A DNA stretch of 64,000 nt, taken from the NCBI RefSeq assembly GCF_009914755.1, contig NC_060941.1; one strand, given 5' to 3'. The translations under genes and the position numbers were made by a program. The notes under the pieces are model-generated. The model made no database searches and was not told the origin of the DNA. It was given only the letters and a program-made list of their open reading frames with translations. The stretch is from the human T2T-CHM13v2.0 reference genome, Homo sapiens. Shown in pieces: positions 18,232 to 42,655 of this stretch. Numbering within the stretch: the first letter of the stretch is position 1; each line of letters begins with the position of its first letter.

Positions 18232-18368
18232 CTTGAATAGGCAGGAGTGAAGAAGAAATAATATAAGGTCAATAATGGACTCAAGACCCAGGAGAAGCCA
18301 TCAAGAAGAAATATGGATCCAGATTTTGTTATAAGTTCTGTGGAAATTTATTATACTCAGCAGTATGA

Positions 18369-18658
<290 letters not shown>

Positions 18659-19215
18659 TGAGCCACTGCACCTGGCCTTTTTTTGTGTGTTTTAAGTAGA
18701 GACAGGTTTTTGCCATGTTGGCCAGGCTGGTCTCGATCACCTGACCTCAGGTGATCCGCCCACCTCAGCCTCCCAAAGTGCTGGGATTACAGGTGTAAGC
18801 CACCGTGCTCAGTTACAGATTTTGTTTTGAGATGATCTACACACAGATAAGAATGCTGTGTTTATTAGCATAATCTAAATCCACATTGAATGTAGCTCTT
18901 TTGAAAAACGAGAGGACATAACAGGTGAATAATTGCAAATTACTAGATTATTCTGGAATGCATGTGTCAAGAAAGCCCTACCACTGCATATGTGCCCAGT
19001 TAGGAATTGAAACCTATTATTAAGGTGGTCTGAATACCTAAAGTGGGGGTTAGGGAGGACAGATCCTAAAAATGAGCTGGAGAAGAGACGTAAATAACGT
19101 CTCATTACACATACACTGAAAGTCATCCATACTGTTGGCAAAAGTTAGCGTAGCAAGAATACCTGAGTGACGTCTCTCATCCACATTCATACTTAGGCTG
19201 TTGTAGTCCACCTAC

Positions 19216-19344
19216 CTGGTGCGAAAGCAAACACAGCGAAACATTCTCCTGTGGAAGCAACTGCAGTGACTATGGAACGTCTTTTGCCAAAATATTGTGA
19301 TAGGATGGTTACAGTTGGGAGAAAACTAAAGCAGTATCCCAGAC
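19216..19344 (-). CDS. SLC16A6: MCT7 coding exon (129 nt)
   Basis: tcacag|GT ... CAG|gtaggt; [33 protein letters not shown] contains the SLC16 YFxKRR motif. Confidence 0.97.
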
Positions 19345-19726
19345 CTGTGAAAGAAAAGTCAAAAAAGCCAATGAGACCCACATACTGCTTGAGACTGGAA
19401 GGATGCATTAAAAGATCTGGGATTTTTGGTTTTGCTTTTTGAATCTTAAGTTCTAGGAGCCAAGTAATTCATTCTGGACAAAGGTGATGTTGCAAAGAAA
19501 AATGGGTTTCATTAACGGTCTGGATAAACTTCAGTGGTTGTTTGGGATACTAAAAATATAACTTTTTTTTTTTTTATCTTTGCAACACTTTTTTTCAAAT
19601 TTATATAATTCACAATGGATGAAACTATTATTGCATGAAATTTTATATAAGATTTGTATCTAGAAAGAAATAAGTCATTTCATATGTGCAGAAATACAGG
19701 AAAAATTTAAAGTCTGCAAATCTTAA

Positions 19727-19963
<237 letters not shown>

Positions 19964-19966
19964 TAG

Positions 19967-20104
<138 letters not shown>

Positions 20105-20503
20105 TGAATGGAAAAAGGTTTTCTTAGGCCCCCAAGAATAAGTCTGGCATGTTGCACTTCCCCTACAGCCCTGGATCCTCAGACACTGATGTGAGAAATA
20201 CTGGCTACAGAAATTCGTCTTACTTTGTAAAAATGCTATCTTTTGGCTGCAAATACAGCAAAAGAGAAATTATCATCATCTTTGGTGAAGATCAAACAAA
20301 AACCCTTGGGCACTTGAGAACAGATTCCCAGGTCCCCTGAAGTCCATATAGCTCAGTTCAAAACTACTGATCTGAGACACTGTTAATGTTAAAGAAAAAA
20401 AGAAAGAGAAAGAAATATAGTTTGGCTTTAATTTCCTCCTTCCCCTTCCTTGTTCTTCAAACTAAGTGTCTAGACAACTTCTGAGCCAAAGAGGAACACT
20501 TAC

Positions 20504-20647
20504 CAGAGATGATGCCGGTGGCGACGTACATATGAGAAACCTCTTGTGAGAAGGAGGCGGCCACCATCCCGGTGCTGACAAGTAGCCCCCCCAACATCAC
20601 TACCAGACGGTGTCCGAAACGATTGCTCAGGACTGTGGCGAGGGGAG
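20504..20647 (-). CDS. SLC16A6: MCT7 coding exon (144 nt), not shown in the ORF track
   Basis: cccggcag|CT ... CTG|gtaagt; translates [48 protein letters not shown]. Confidence 0.95.
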
Positions 20648-20681
20648 CTGCCGGGAAAGAACAAAACGATATTTTAACTCA

Positions 20682-21111
<430 letters not shown>

Positions 21112-21375
21112 TCAAATTCAACACGATTTGTCAGACTCCTGAAAGAGAAAGCCAGAATAACAGTATAAAACTTTTATCTATATTTTTAGATGACTCTGAC
21201 TCACCATGAGCACCTATAAAATTAGATATGTATTGAATTTATGTTATTCTATAATAAAAATTGGTTTTCCTATGATTGCTTGAATTATTTTTTCTCTACT
21301 CACTACTTTGGATTCTTTTTAAAAAGCTCCATTTGGGGTCAGATTCTAGTTAGTTTCTTTCTTTTTTTTTTTTGA

Positions 21376-21659
<284 letters not shown>

Positions 21660-22353
21660 TAGTTTCTTGACAGGATGAAAGAATGTGAATTCTAAGTTAT
21701 GCACTCCTGAAGGAGAGTTGCTATGGGATAGATAATTGAAAGTGAATCATCATTTGCTTAGCTTCTATAAGCTGTATCCCCTAGGACATTTAAATCTGGC
21801 AAATTAGTTTCCTAGTTATAGGTTACTTAATATTAACTTGACAACAGTGACGTAAGTGAGCCATTGAGAGTTGGGTCAAGGAACAACAACATGCTAGAAA
21901 AGGAAGTGGGAAAAAAAGGATTCCATTTTTTTGGGTTAGTCTATATGTATCTACTATGTTAACTATTAGAATACAAAGTAATCTTGGATGTAGCTCATAA
22001 TAAAACCACTCTCATCATTTTGAGCCAGGATGTTGGCTCAAAGCATTAACAACTAGAATAATAGCATTTGGAAGAATTATCTTCTGGTATAATAGTATTA
22101 AGTGGAAATTTCTTGTTGACTACATTTTTATTTTTAGTTATAAAAGACCTAAAACTTAAGCTTTGGGATTTTCTTTTTATTTAGATTACCAAATGTAACA
22201 TTTTAGTCCTAATTCATTTGTTATCTTTCTAAGAAGGTAATTAAGCATTCCACAATTTAAAAATGAAGTTATCTTGGCTGGGTGCGGTGGCTTACACCTG
22301 TAAATCCAGCACTTTGGGAGGCCGAAGCAGGTGGATCACGAGTTCAGGAGTTA

Positions 22354-22572
<219 letters not shown>

Positions 22573-22658
22573 TTAAGTTATCTTGATACTCACTTAAAAT
22601 AGAACCAGGAACGACTTCATGAAACTTGTAAGGGATAGTATGAGAACTAACAAGATAA

Positions 22659-22886
<228 letters not shown>

Positions 22887-23245
22887 TAAAGACATTCTAT
22901 GGCTAAAAATGGACTACATTTAAAGAAGGGCTTTAATTTCAGCAATAACTTCAGAGATAACAGTTCCATGACAGTGTGTAAGTGTAAACTTAGGGAAGTT
23001 TAAGGTCAGCCTGGTTAACTTTCTTTATTTTTTTTATTTTTTGAGATGGGGTCTTGCTCTGTTGCCCAGGCTGGAATGCAATGGCATGATCATGGCTCAC
23101 TGCAGCCTTGACCTCCCAGGCTCAAGCAATTCTCGCTCTGCAGCCTCCTGAGTAGCTGGGATCACAGGTGTGTACCACCATGCCCGGCCAATTTTTTATT
23201 TTAATTTTTTGTAGAGATGGAGTCTTGCTATGTTGCCCAGGCTAG

Positions 23246-23341
<96 letters not shown>

Positions 23342-23606
23342 TGAGGTGAGTTCAACAGCCCTTTTCTCTTAGAAAACCCTTGGCAATTATTTCTGACAGA
23401 CCAATGAACTCATGAGACCTGGCATGTATATTCAATAGCCCTTTATAGGACCAAGTGAAGATTAGTATGTTAAAAATGATACTGAAGCCCCATTTTATTT
23501 TATGCGATTGGGTCTGGGAGTATATTATGTAATGATGAATCAGTGAAGTCCTTTAGGGAAACAGGTGCTTGGAATTCAGAAGGTCTCCTCAGAACAATAT
23601 TTGTAA

Positions 23607-23831
<225 letters not shown>

Positions 23832-23945
23832 TGAGTGCTGGGATTACAGGCACATACCACCATGCCCAGTTAATTTTTTGTATTTTTAGTAGAGAGGGGG
23901 TTTCACTATGTTGGTCAGGCTGGTCTCGAATTCCTGACCTCGTGA

Positions 23946-24224
<279 letters not shown>

Positions 24225-24664
24225 TGAACTCCTGACCTCAAGTGATCCACCCACCTTGACCTCTCAAAGTGCTTACAGGTGTGAGCCACTGTGCCCGGCC
24301 ATCAGCAACTTTTTGATGTTGCTTCTTAGACAGTGACTATATCCTCACATCCTCACAAAAGGAGGTTGACTGCACTCCTTAAGGGAATCTACAGAATCCT
24401 AAGAGTGTGCAGACAGCAGATGTTTAATACATGTGTGTTAAACTGAAGGCTGTCATGGCTGGCAAATAAGGCTTTTTTTCTTCAGTGCCTTTTGTTTCTT
24501 GCCAATCCTCAATGCTCTGAAAACCCTGTTAGTCAGGGCTAGGAAGGACCAACAGGCGTATAAGGGAATGAAAGCATCACAAACACATCGACTACCATTA
24601 CCAAGGTAGCCAAATTAAAAGGGCCCTATACTTACGTCATGGTTAGGCCGAAAGATGTACTAAC

Positions 24665-24896
24665 CTGAAAATGTTAAGACAAACACACAGATTGAGATTA
24701 TCCATGAGATCCTGCTATTGGATTCATTAAAACTGTCCATTAAGTCATTAAAGAAGACACCAAATGTCTTGATGATGCCGTAGGTGAAGACTTCAACGAA
24801 GAAAAATGAAACAGCTACCGCCCAGCCCCATCCTCCATCAGGCACTTCAGTATACACATTGGCTTTGGAACAAAGCTTTAATTTATTTTGGGTCAT
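24665..24896 (-). CDS. SLC16A6: MCT7 first coding exon (exon starts at 24903; 232 coding nt)
   Basis: ctttcag|attaagaATG; [25 protein letters not shown] carries the SLC16 PDGGWGW motif; donor CAG|gttagt; exons sum to 1572 nt = 523 aa. Confidence 0.97.
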
Positions 24897-25010
24897 TCTT
24901 AATCTGAAAGAAAAAGTTAAAAGCAATTCAGATCAGCAATAGCATGAGGATCGATGATTCTCATACTCTTAAGCAAACAACAGATAAGAACTACTTACCC
25001 CATTTCTTAA

Positions 25011-25247
<237 letters not shown>

Positions 25248-25272
25248 TAGTTGTGTGATCTTGGCTCACTGA

Positions 25273-25527
<255 letters not shown>

Positions 25528-26472
25528 TAAAGTATTTGGATACTTTTATGCATATATATGTATATACAAATCTTGGTATTGTACATGGGGCCTCCCAAAA
25601 AGAAAGTTAAATGGGAAAAACAGACATGAAGAACCAGAGCAGAATATTTAGAAGCATATTGAAGGACACCAAATGGCCACCAGACCAAGTATTAATGCTG
25701 ACCTTGAAGGACTCAACTTAGGCAAAAAAAGACTGAATTGACCATAAGGAATGTTGATCAGAAATGAAGCCTAGAAAACGGAGGCTGAAAAGCAAACATT
25801 GGCGGTGCATCCAGCACCTTCCACCGAGTAAGTGTTTGAGATACCATAAGCGTCTCTGCTTGATGTCCCTGGCCACCGCGATCACCTAGTCAACTCTTCT
25901 TCCCCGCCATTTTCTACTCAGTAAGCAATATTCTGATTATGATTTGGTGTTCCATGTGGATGTACCTACACAGACACAATGTCACTATAAATCAAAATGA
26001 GGGCATTCTGTCTTCTGGGAGTTTGTTAAGCAGGAGTAATTTCCTCAAAGTTGACCACCACTTAGTATATTAGCAATTGAATTTCCAAGTACATGATGAT
26101 ACTCTAGAATATGGTGTCTAAATAAGGTACTATTATACAAGCCTGTAGGGCCCCATCTGGACACCAGTTAACTGAGTTACCCCTAACCTCACTGTGCCTC
26201 TCCATTCAAACTGCAATAAACATCAGAACAAGCCAACCTGTCTTAACACTTCTAAGGAGACATTGACATTGACATTGGTTTAACTTAAGTCTTCTGGATT
26301 GGGCTCTAGCACATGAATACTGTCTTTTTCAAAGCCTCTGTAATTACATATACTTTGAAACAGTCATGTGTATTTTTAGCCTAACTAAAAATTAATGATA
26401 TCTATAATAATCAATGAGTCCATGGTCTTCAAGCTCTTAATGGCAACCAACTTCAAGTTTAAGAATTCTTTA

Positions 26473-28450
<1,978 letters not shown>

Positions 28451-29076
28451 GGAACACTTTTACACTGCTGGTGGGACTGTAAACTAGTTCAACCATGGTG
28501 GAAGACAGTGTGGCAATTCCTCAAGGATCTAGAACTGGAAATACCATTTGACCCAGCCATCCCATTACTGGGTATATACCCAAAGGATTATAAATCATGC
28601 TGCTATAAAGACACATGCACACGTATGTTTATTGCGGCACTATTCACAACAGCAAAGACTTGGAACCAATCCAAATGTCCATCAATGATAGACTGGATTA
28701 AGAAAATGTGGCACATATATACCATGGAATACTATGCAGCCATAAAAAAGGATGAGTTCATGTCCTTGGTAGGGACATGGATGAAGCTGGAAACCATCAT
28801 TCTCAGCAAACTATCGCAAGGACAAAAAAAACAAACACCACATGTTCTCACTCATAGGTGGGAATTGAACAATGAGAACACTTGGACACAGGAAGGGGAA
28901 CATCACACACCGGGGCCTGTCGTGGGGTTGGGGGAAGGGGGAGGGATAGCATTAGGAGATATACCTAATGTTAAATGACGAGTTAATGGGTGCAGCACAC
29001 CAACATGGCACATCTATACATATGTAACAAATCTGCACGTTGTGCACATGTACCCTAGAACTTAAAAAAAAAAAAA
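28451..29076 (+). mobile_element. 5'-truncated L1PA (about L1PA3-5) 3' end with poly(A) and TSD
   Basis: GTLLHCWWDCKLVQP...IPFDPAIPLLGIYPK ORF2 C-terminus, G-rich 3'UTR, A tail; aaaaaactaca(aat/c)atagg on both sides. Confidence 0.9.
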
Positions 29077-29086
29077 CTACACATAG

Positions 29087-30998
<1,912 letters not shown>

Positions 30999-31912
30999 AT
31001 GTAAAAAGAAAATTCTTTACAATTATACAATTGTATACAGGTGAATTTTCAGGGTCAGGGTGCATTATATCCTTTATATCCTTTTCCTAGCCATAAGTTG
31101 TTGGGTCAAAGTTACTAAGGCAAAGGTTTTATTGAAAGTAGAAGGCAACTGAAAAATAACAGGACACAACCTCATCTATCCAACAGACTTGCTGGTTTTC
31201 TATTTTTAAAATCTAATGTTCTGAATTTACTCTACAAATCTTAAAAAGCAGCAAATCTGATCTAACTTAGTATCATTCATCCTACTGATAGCGCCATTCC
31301 CACTGTAGCCTAGTACTTGGGAAGGACTATATATTCACTTTATACACTATTACGGCTAAATATTTGGTTGATTAAAATAAGGCATAAGATGCTGTAAGAT
31401 GAGTATGCTCTTTGCAGCAAAGGCCTTTGCATTTTGATGTGTGTTGATATGTCATAAATTATATGCTCACAAAATCTGAGGTCTATTTCTCTTTGTACAA
31501 CCCCATGTCCCCGGACCCCGCCTGTACCTTGTACACAGCTTGTATTTATTTTTTCAACAAAATACCTATCAGGTGCCAGGTCCTCGCTTTCACTATAGGG
31601 GCACTACAGTGAAAAGACCAAGAGATGGTCTCTGCCTCCATGGACTAAAATATTTGCTGATGATGATGCTAAGGAAAATGAATGCATCTGAAATGCATCC
31701 TATGTAAATGATTCAACCACATCTTGCCAGAGTTCAGCACATTTCTGACAAGCAGTCAGGACTCAGTAGCTACTAAGACCAAGGTCAAATTGGCACAGTT
31801 GTTCTAACCCAGAAATGTGCCCAGAAGGTCTTAAGAGTTTTAATGGGGGGCTCAGGACCACCTTGAAACAAAACATATAGTGATAAAATTTGATAAAGAC
31901 CCTAGAGAGACG

Positions 31913-35885
<3,973 letters not shown>

Positions 35886-37659
35886 GTAGGTATCTTGCCA
35901 AAGGCTTGGAAATCCGCTATCCTTGGGAGTTTCACTGTGATTTAATTTGTCGAGAGAAGATTTGGCCCGAGGGCATGAAAAAAATTGTATTATTGTAGAC
36001 CATCAGAGTGTTATTCCAGGGTCAGCTAAGAGCAAGTTTCAAAACGCAGGCTCTGGATGGAAATGGGGTGGCTACTGTTGTAGGCAGACCTCGAGCAAAA
36101 GCACTGCGGATTTCTCTTCTTCTTAAAGGCGTAGCCCGGAGAACAGCTTTGACAAGTTGTTTCTGGCCCAAGTTGTCAAAACCAGTCTGTATTTGGCTAA
36201 AGTTCATCTGCATTCTCTATTTAAAAAAAATTTCCAAACCTAACCTGGATAGCTGCCTCACGATGTTGAATCACTGGCTACAACCGAGTCACCATTTTAC
36301 AAGACTATGGTGTTGAAACCTGAGCCCCTAATTTAAGTGTCCTCCTCAGGAGTTCCACTGAGGAAAGTCCTTTTTCGGAAACCACAGAAGGAAAACTCAG
36401 GGTTAGTGGTACTCATTACACTGGAAGGAGCTTTTCCACTTGGCTGCATTGTTTATTTACACACTGTAAGTTCCTATTTTGGACACTCTTCCCTTAATTA
36501 TGAGAAGAGGGGTTTCTATTATATCATCTGGCCGGATGTATTGTTGACCCCAAAAATGCCACATAACGGTGCTTGGGACATGGGGAGATGCATGGTTTAG
36601 AGATTTCAGCATAAGCACTTGGCATCTTTTTAACAAGCAAGACACCTATCTTACCATGATTTGCAAAAACAATCAGATCACTGAGAAATCTCATTCCCGG
36701 GGTAGAAACCATCTCCTGCGAGAAGGAGCTGGCACGGAGTGTCTAACCGTGCAAACAAAACCGGCTTCCAGGTTGACAAGTTGTAATTGCTCTTCCCCAG
36801 TTGGCTCCGGGGAGCTTTTTCTAAGACTGACGCCCCCCATGTTTGGTGACATTTTATATACGCCACCTAACAAACTTCTATGACCTGTCTTGCTAGGGTG
36901 GGGGGAATAAAAAGAAAAGACGACAACAACCTAGAAGGAAATAACCCATTTCCTCTGCAAAACCATCTTCCCTTGCTACGGAACTGCTTGGCGACACCAG
37001 CGCTTTCCTGCGGTTGGCAGCCCGGGAACCTTGAAGTTGCGCGGGACCGGCCGTCAGCCGCTGACAGTTCTGACAGTCCAGGTGGAGGACCCGCGCTCTG
37101 CCGGGAAATCCCCGGCTTCCCGCTGGGGACAAACGGTGGCCGCCGCAGGGAGTGCTGTGTTTGGGGGTCGGGGGAGGCAGGGAGCCCCACTTTCCCTCGC
37201 GCTGCCTCAGTGCCCGGCCTGCGTGCGCGCGCCAGCCTGGGGTAGGAAGGTACCTCTGACATTTCGCTCCTGCGACGCGCAGGCAACTTCATGCGGAAAA
37301 TCCGCGGAGGGGCTGAGCCTGGAGCCCCCGACTCTTCCGACGTCCCGGAGCCCCCAACCCGGGGCAGGGGGCACTCAAAGGCCAGGCGTGCCTTTAGGTA
37401 TCTTCCGGGACCCAACTGTACCAGGGTCACGGACATTCAACTCTCAGCTACCCACACCGGCGCGAGCGCGTCATCCCGGTGGCCCTGGGCATTCCTGTCA
37501 GAGCGAATATTTTTGGGAATAACCTCTCCAAAATGTGAAGATGTTCAGTGGTCTCCTCCGCCTCCCATCCCAAAAAAAGGCCCCAACACATATTTTTTAA
37601 AAAACAACCCACATCCCACAATCAAACTTTTAAACATGTAAAATAATAAACCAACTCAC

Positions 37660-37705
37660 CAAGTTAGAAGGGAAGAGAATAAACCCCCAAAGGCTCCCAA
37701 TAAGG
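37660..37705 (-). other. SLC16A6: Candidate non-coding exon 1 of SLC16A6 (start approximate)
   Basis: Minus-strand donor TTG|gtgagt at 37660/37659, ~70 nt downstream of a TATA-like element. Confidence 0.6.
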
Positions 37706-37999
37706 CGGAGGCTTGGCCTCCCCCTCCTTATAAGCCGCTCGGTAACATGAGAAAAGGATTAACCCCTTAGGGGGCGGGCCCGACTCTAGCGCAAGTTGGC
37801 TCGGGCTGGTGAGGCCCGAGCGCCCGGGCCCTCCACCCACTCCCGCGACTCGGGCACCCGAGCCACACCCTCCCCCCGCCCCCCACCCCGGCCGCCTGCG
37901 ACCCGGGCCGTGCGTGCTGCCGCCCGCGCCCCGGCCCCGCGTCGCTGCCTAGCTCTTATCCTATACCGGCTGCAGCCGGTCTCCGCCGGCCTCGGGGGC

Positions 38000-38142
38000 G
38001 CGCCGCCGCCGACCATGTGCTGCGAGCGCTGAGCGCAGCCAAGGAGGGGGCCTGCCTGGCGCGCGCGCGCCGTCCCACGTGGACCTGAGCCGCGCCGGTC
38101 GCGCGCCCGCCAGCCTGCCGCCTGGGCTGGGGGTCACGAAAG
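38000..38142 (+). other. ARSG: Candidate non-coding first exon of ARSG from the internal promoter (start approximate)
   Basis: Donor AAG|gtaacc at 38142/38143 within the CpG island. Confidence 0.6.
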
Positions 38143-40067
38143 GTAACCGCGTCGCGGTCCGGGGCCGGGCCGCCCCCGCCAGCGCCGCCGGGGTCCTTGG
38201 CACAACGCCCCGATCTCCCAACCCGGGTGCGCCTCTGCGCGCGTGACCCGCCCAGACCCCGGAGCTTTGCTGCAACGCTAGTAGGAGCGCGAGCGTGCAG
38301 GGTGTTGGGGGTGCCTGCATCCTGTCTCGGAGCACCTCGGCCAGGCGCGAGCGCGCGGGTCCCCGTCCCCACCCCCGGGCGCCTTCCCGGCGCGCCCACC
38401 GCCCAGTCCCGCCCGCGCCCTGAGGATTTAGGGATTTAGCGGCGAGGGGGAACACGCGCGCGCCGGGGCTGATCCCGCGCGGCGCTCGCGGCTGCGGCGG
38501 CTTCGCGCCCGCCCCGGGCAGAACAGGTTCCTTCCAGTTTGGGTGTGAGCTGCGCGCGCGGCGCCTGAGTTCCTCCTGCAGCGCCCACTTCCCCCAGTTT
38601 CGTCAACTCGCGCACCCCCACAGTTCCCCTTCCGGCAGTGGGGAGGGAGTGTCGCAGTGGGCCCCAGGGAGCGAGCGGCCGGGCCGCTGCGGGTGCCTTG
38701 CTTCCCCCACTTTGCTGCACCGGCAGCAGCGGCAGCAACAGCATCCGCGTTGCGCGAAAGGAATGTGAGCAGCCGGGCTGAGTCAGCATCCCCGGCCCGG
38801 GGCGCGCGCGCACCCTCCAGGCAGTGGCGGCGTCGGCACAGGTGCATGGCTCCCATACCCGCGGGGAGCCCTCTGTAAGGGACCTGGAGGTTTAGACAGT
38901 CCGTGCCCCTCATCCCGTAGTCCCCGACCCCAAGGTCACCGTGAACTAAGCGGATGATGCACGCGAAATCTCAGGAGCTCCTCATGGGGACAAAGCATGT
39001 GTCAGATCCTAGACATTTCAGAGCCTGCGGGGGCGCAAACTTAGCTTCTTGGTCTCTACCTCACATCCCGAGGGCAAATTTGGAAACTGCTCGGAAGCAA
39101 AGGCCATGTTATTTGCATTCGTATGCAGACTTTGGCGCCGGCTGCTGCCTTCATTGGGGTTCGGAGAATGTGGTTCTGATGTCAGAAACTCAAGAGAGCC
39201 TAGTTTGGGAGTGCATGCACGGAGGGTCGCCACCGGGAGGAGTCGGCGATCTGAATTTTAATAAAAATCCTTCCTTGCTCGCTGAGTTCTCTCACCATTT
39301 TGGGATAGGCTCTCCTGAGTTAAATGCCATCCTTTGCCGTTGACAAGTTCTGGTTGTGTAAGTGGGGAGAAGATTCGTTGGTACAGGGTGCCTTGTATGG
39401 CCAGTAGTGTACAGCCAAGGGGCCGCTGAGCAGCTTTGCAACCTTGTAGGCGTAATTTAACCTCGTAGAGCGTGAATTTCTCCAGATCTGTAAAATGGGG
39501 ATGGAGGTGGTATTCCCAGAATTGGAGGGTTTAATTTATGGTACTTGTAAAGTGCGGATCGCAGTGACTGGCATTTGGTAAGGCCTCAGTACCCATTAGC
39601 TCTTGCTGCTGTTACGATTTATGCTTTACCAAGGCCAATTAATTGCTGACTCCAACACACTCCCTGTGAGAGAGAGCCCTTTTTTGAGTTGTTCTTCAAA
39701 GGATCCATATATAATGATATTTAGAAACTGATTTGAACACTTCATGCTAATGCAGGGCTGCCTGTAAGATAATCTTTGATATTTAGGATCTTACACTTTA
39801 ATACTTAGGACCTGTTACTGTACTCTATATGGAAATATCATGTGCAATATGACAGCATATTCTGTATGTCTTAGGAACCTAAAGGTGCAGCCAGCCATTT
39901 ATACCTGAGTGACTCGAAGCAAGTCACATAAAATCTCTGTACTTCAGTCTCTTGATTTAAAAAATGACTCAAATTATACCTAAATCCTCAGGAGTGAATG
40001 AATGATTGGAAAAATCACATCTGAATGTTTGAGCAAGTGAAACCTGGCTTTTGGGGAGCATGATTCT

Positions 40068-40092
40068 AATAATAATAATAATAATAATAATA
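40068..40092. repeat. (TAA)n microsatellite preceding MIR-like sequence
   Basis: taataataataa...; attcccattttacagatgaggaaagtggaggc MIR core near 40241-40272. Confidence 0.7.
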
Positions 40093-42129
40093 GATTTTTG
40101 TTACTAATGTGTTACTATTCTTATATTTTATTAATATTAATCTTTTTTAAATGTTTGCTTTGTCCTCAACACTGCATTAAGTGCCATACATGTAATGCAA
40201 TGTTAACCGCATCAGTAACCTTCTGTAGTTGACACTCATTATTCCCATTTTACAGATGAGGAAAGTGGAGGCACTGAGCACTGGAGGGATTGACCTAAGG
40301 TTACACCATGTTTATAGATACACACTAGCACTTTTTACCACTAGAGCTCATCCAAAGATGACATTTGCCATCTGTGTTTGAATAATGGAGAGGTAGCTGG
40401 AAACCCAACCTACGCACAGCCTTGCTAGTCACAAAAAAGTCACGCAACATGACTTTTGCCCACCCTAGTTAGAGGCTGGCTTCACCTTGTTCCCTCAATC
40501 CTAGTGAGACCAAGCGTGAAAACCCCTGCTTTTTTAACTTCTCCAGAGAAAGCACTGCATTGCCATGCTAATCAACGCCCCCTTGCCCCCAAACAAAACT
40601 AACTCTGTTTAGTTCTAAATAAGAACAAAAGAACCTTTGGAGTCTGGAGTACAGGACCAGAAAAATCAGGAAATCAAGTGAAGGGCTCAGCTCCCCTCTT
40701 AGCCTCTCCTGTTGTGTCTGCCTGATCCCAAGTGGCAGGCAGAGCCCCCTCTCGGCTTTCCTTTACAGTGGGCAAGACCATCATGATGCCCTTAAGAAGA
40801 CCCCCAACATCTTCTTGGGGAAAAAGTTGGCTCTTCAGAGCTGTCCCCAAGGCTCCCTCTTTTAGCCCTCTTGCATAGGGTCATTTGCATGAGAACAGAT
40901 TCCTTTGTGTAAAGTTGGCCTGCCTGTTCTCTGTCCACGTTTATAGTCCTTCAAGTCTTCGTGTTGGGTTGCTAGGCAGATATGACCCTGGCTTGCAAAT
41001 AAGCTCACTGCATTTACCAGCCTGTGAGAACTTCAACTTGGGTAAGTAGACTGAAAGGAATCTGGTCTGGACCTCTGGGAAGAGGGTCCCGCAAGCCTGC
41101 TTTTGGGGGCTGACTCTTCAGGGCAGCCATCAAAGGGGGAGAATATGTGAAGGGGGCTTCCATGGGAGGCTTCGATGGCCCACCCACCCTTCCATTCTTC
41201 CTCTTCCAGTCTCTGTTCCACCCACCATGCTCCCACCCAGGGGCTTGTGTTCTGGGCAAGTGACTTGTATGCCACTGAAGCAATTTCTTGCTTTAAAACT
41301 TTAATATCTGCTTCTCCAATTGGCCAGGAACTTCACACACTCTGCCATCTAGCAACAGTGAACCGATGGTACAGGTAGTTCTGCTAGGTTTATTTTGTGA
41401 TTTGGGTTCCTCCCCCGCAGCACCCCGCCAAATTTCACAGTTTGTAGGAAGGCAGGGCCCTTCAAACTGGGAAACACACACTTCTGGGAGAATTTAAAGA
41501 TTTGCCAAGGGGTTCTGAGGCACAGATAGTGATGACGATGATAATAATAATACTACAGAGTTGTGTGCATGGCTTAGTACAGTTGCTAAGTTAACTGAAT
41601 TAACACGTGCAAGGGGCTTAGCACTGGGATTGGCTCATGGTCAGGTTCCCTAACTCTTGGCTGCGACTCTTTCAACCTGTGAGTCCTGGGGGATTGAGGA
41701 TGGCGATCAGGGAAGCCTTCAACTGGCAGAGAGGACCTTGGGAGAACTGGCAAGGGGTGCTGAGCCAAGGGAGAGGTGAACAGCATGAGAAGAAGGTAGG
41801 AGGTAGGTGAGGCCATTCTGTATTTGGGGACAGTGAGGTCACCTTCCCACTCGTGTGTGTGGGCGGCCGATGATTGATTTCTGTCATACCTGTTACCATT
41901 TGGTGCAGTATCGATGTATCGTTGGTGTCTGTCATTAACTCTGAAGTAACTTTTACTTGATCAGTACTGAATTTCATTCCTAGGCTTCTCAGTCTTCATA
42001 GTTGACTGCTCCTGTAGTTTTGCCATTTATTACTGCTTAAAAATTAAAAAAAAAAATAGAGAACATAGCCTCCGGGAGGCTTCTATAAATTATCTCAAGC
42101 CTGTTGCAAAAGTCCTAGAAAACAAACCC

Positions 42130-42655
<526 letters not shown>

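Larger units (their letters stand above)
37000..38930. promoter_or_regulatory. Large CpG island, bidirectional SLC16A6/ARSG promoter
   Basis: Very high GC/CpG; palindromic CTTATAAG 37727-37734, GC box ~37770-37779, (GC)6 38059-38070, CCACGTGG 38075-38082; divergent splice donors. Confidence 0.85.

Noticed and set aside
36867-38913. Overlapping Ala/Arg/Gly/Pro-rich ORFs on both strands (also 5602-6032 and 55310-56087)
   Set aside because: Expected stop-codon scarcity in CpG islands and the GC-rich LTR12C; no recognisable domain
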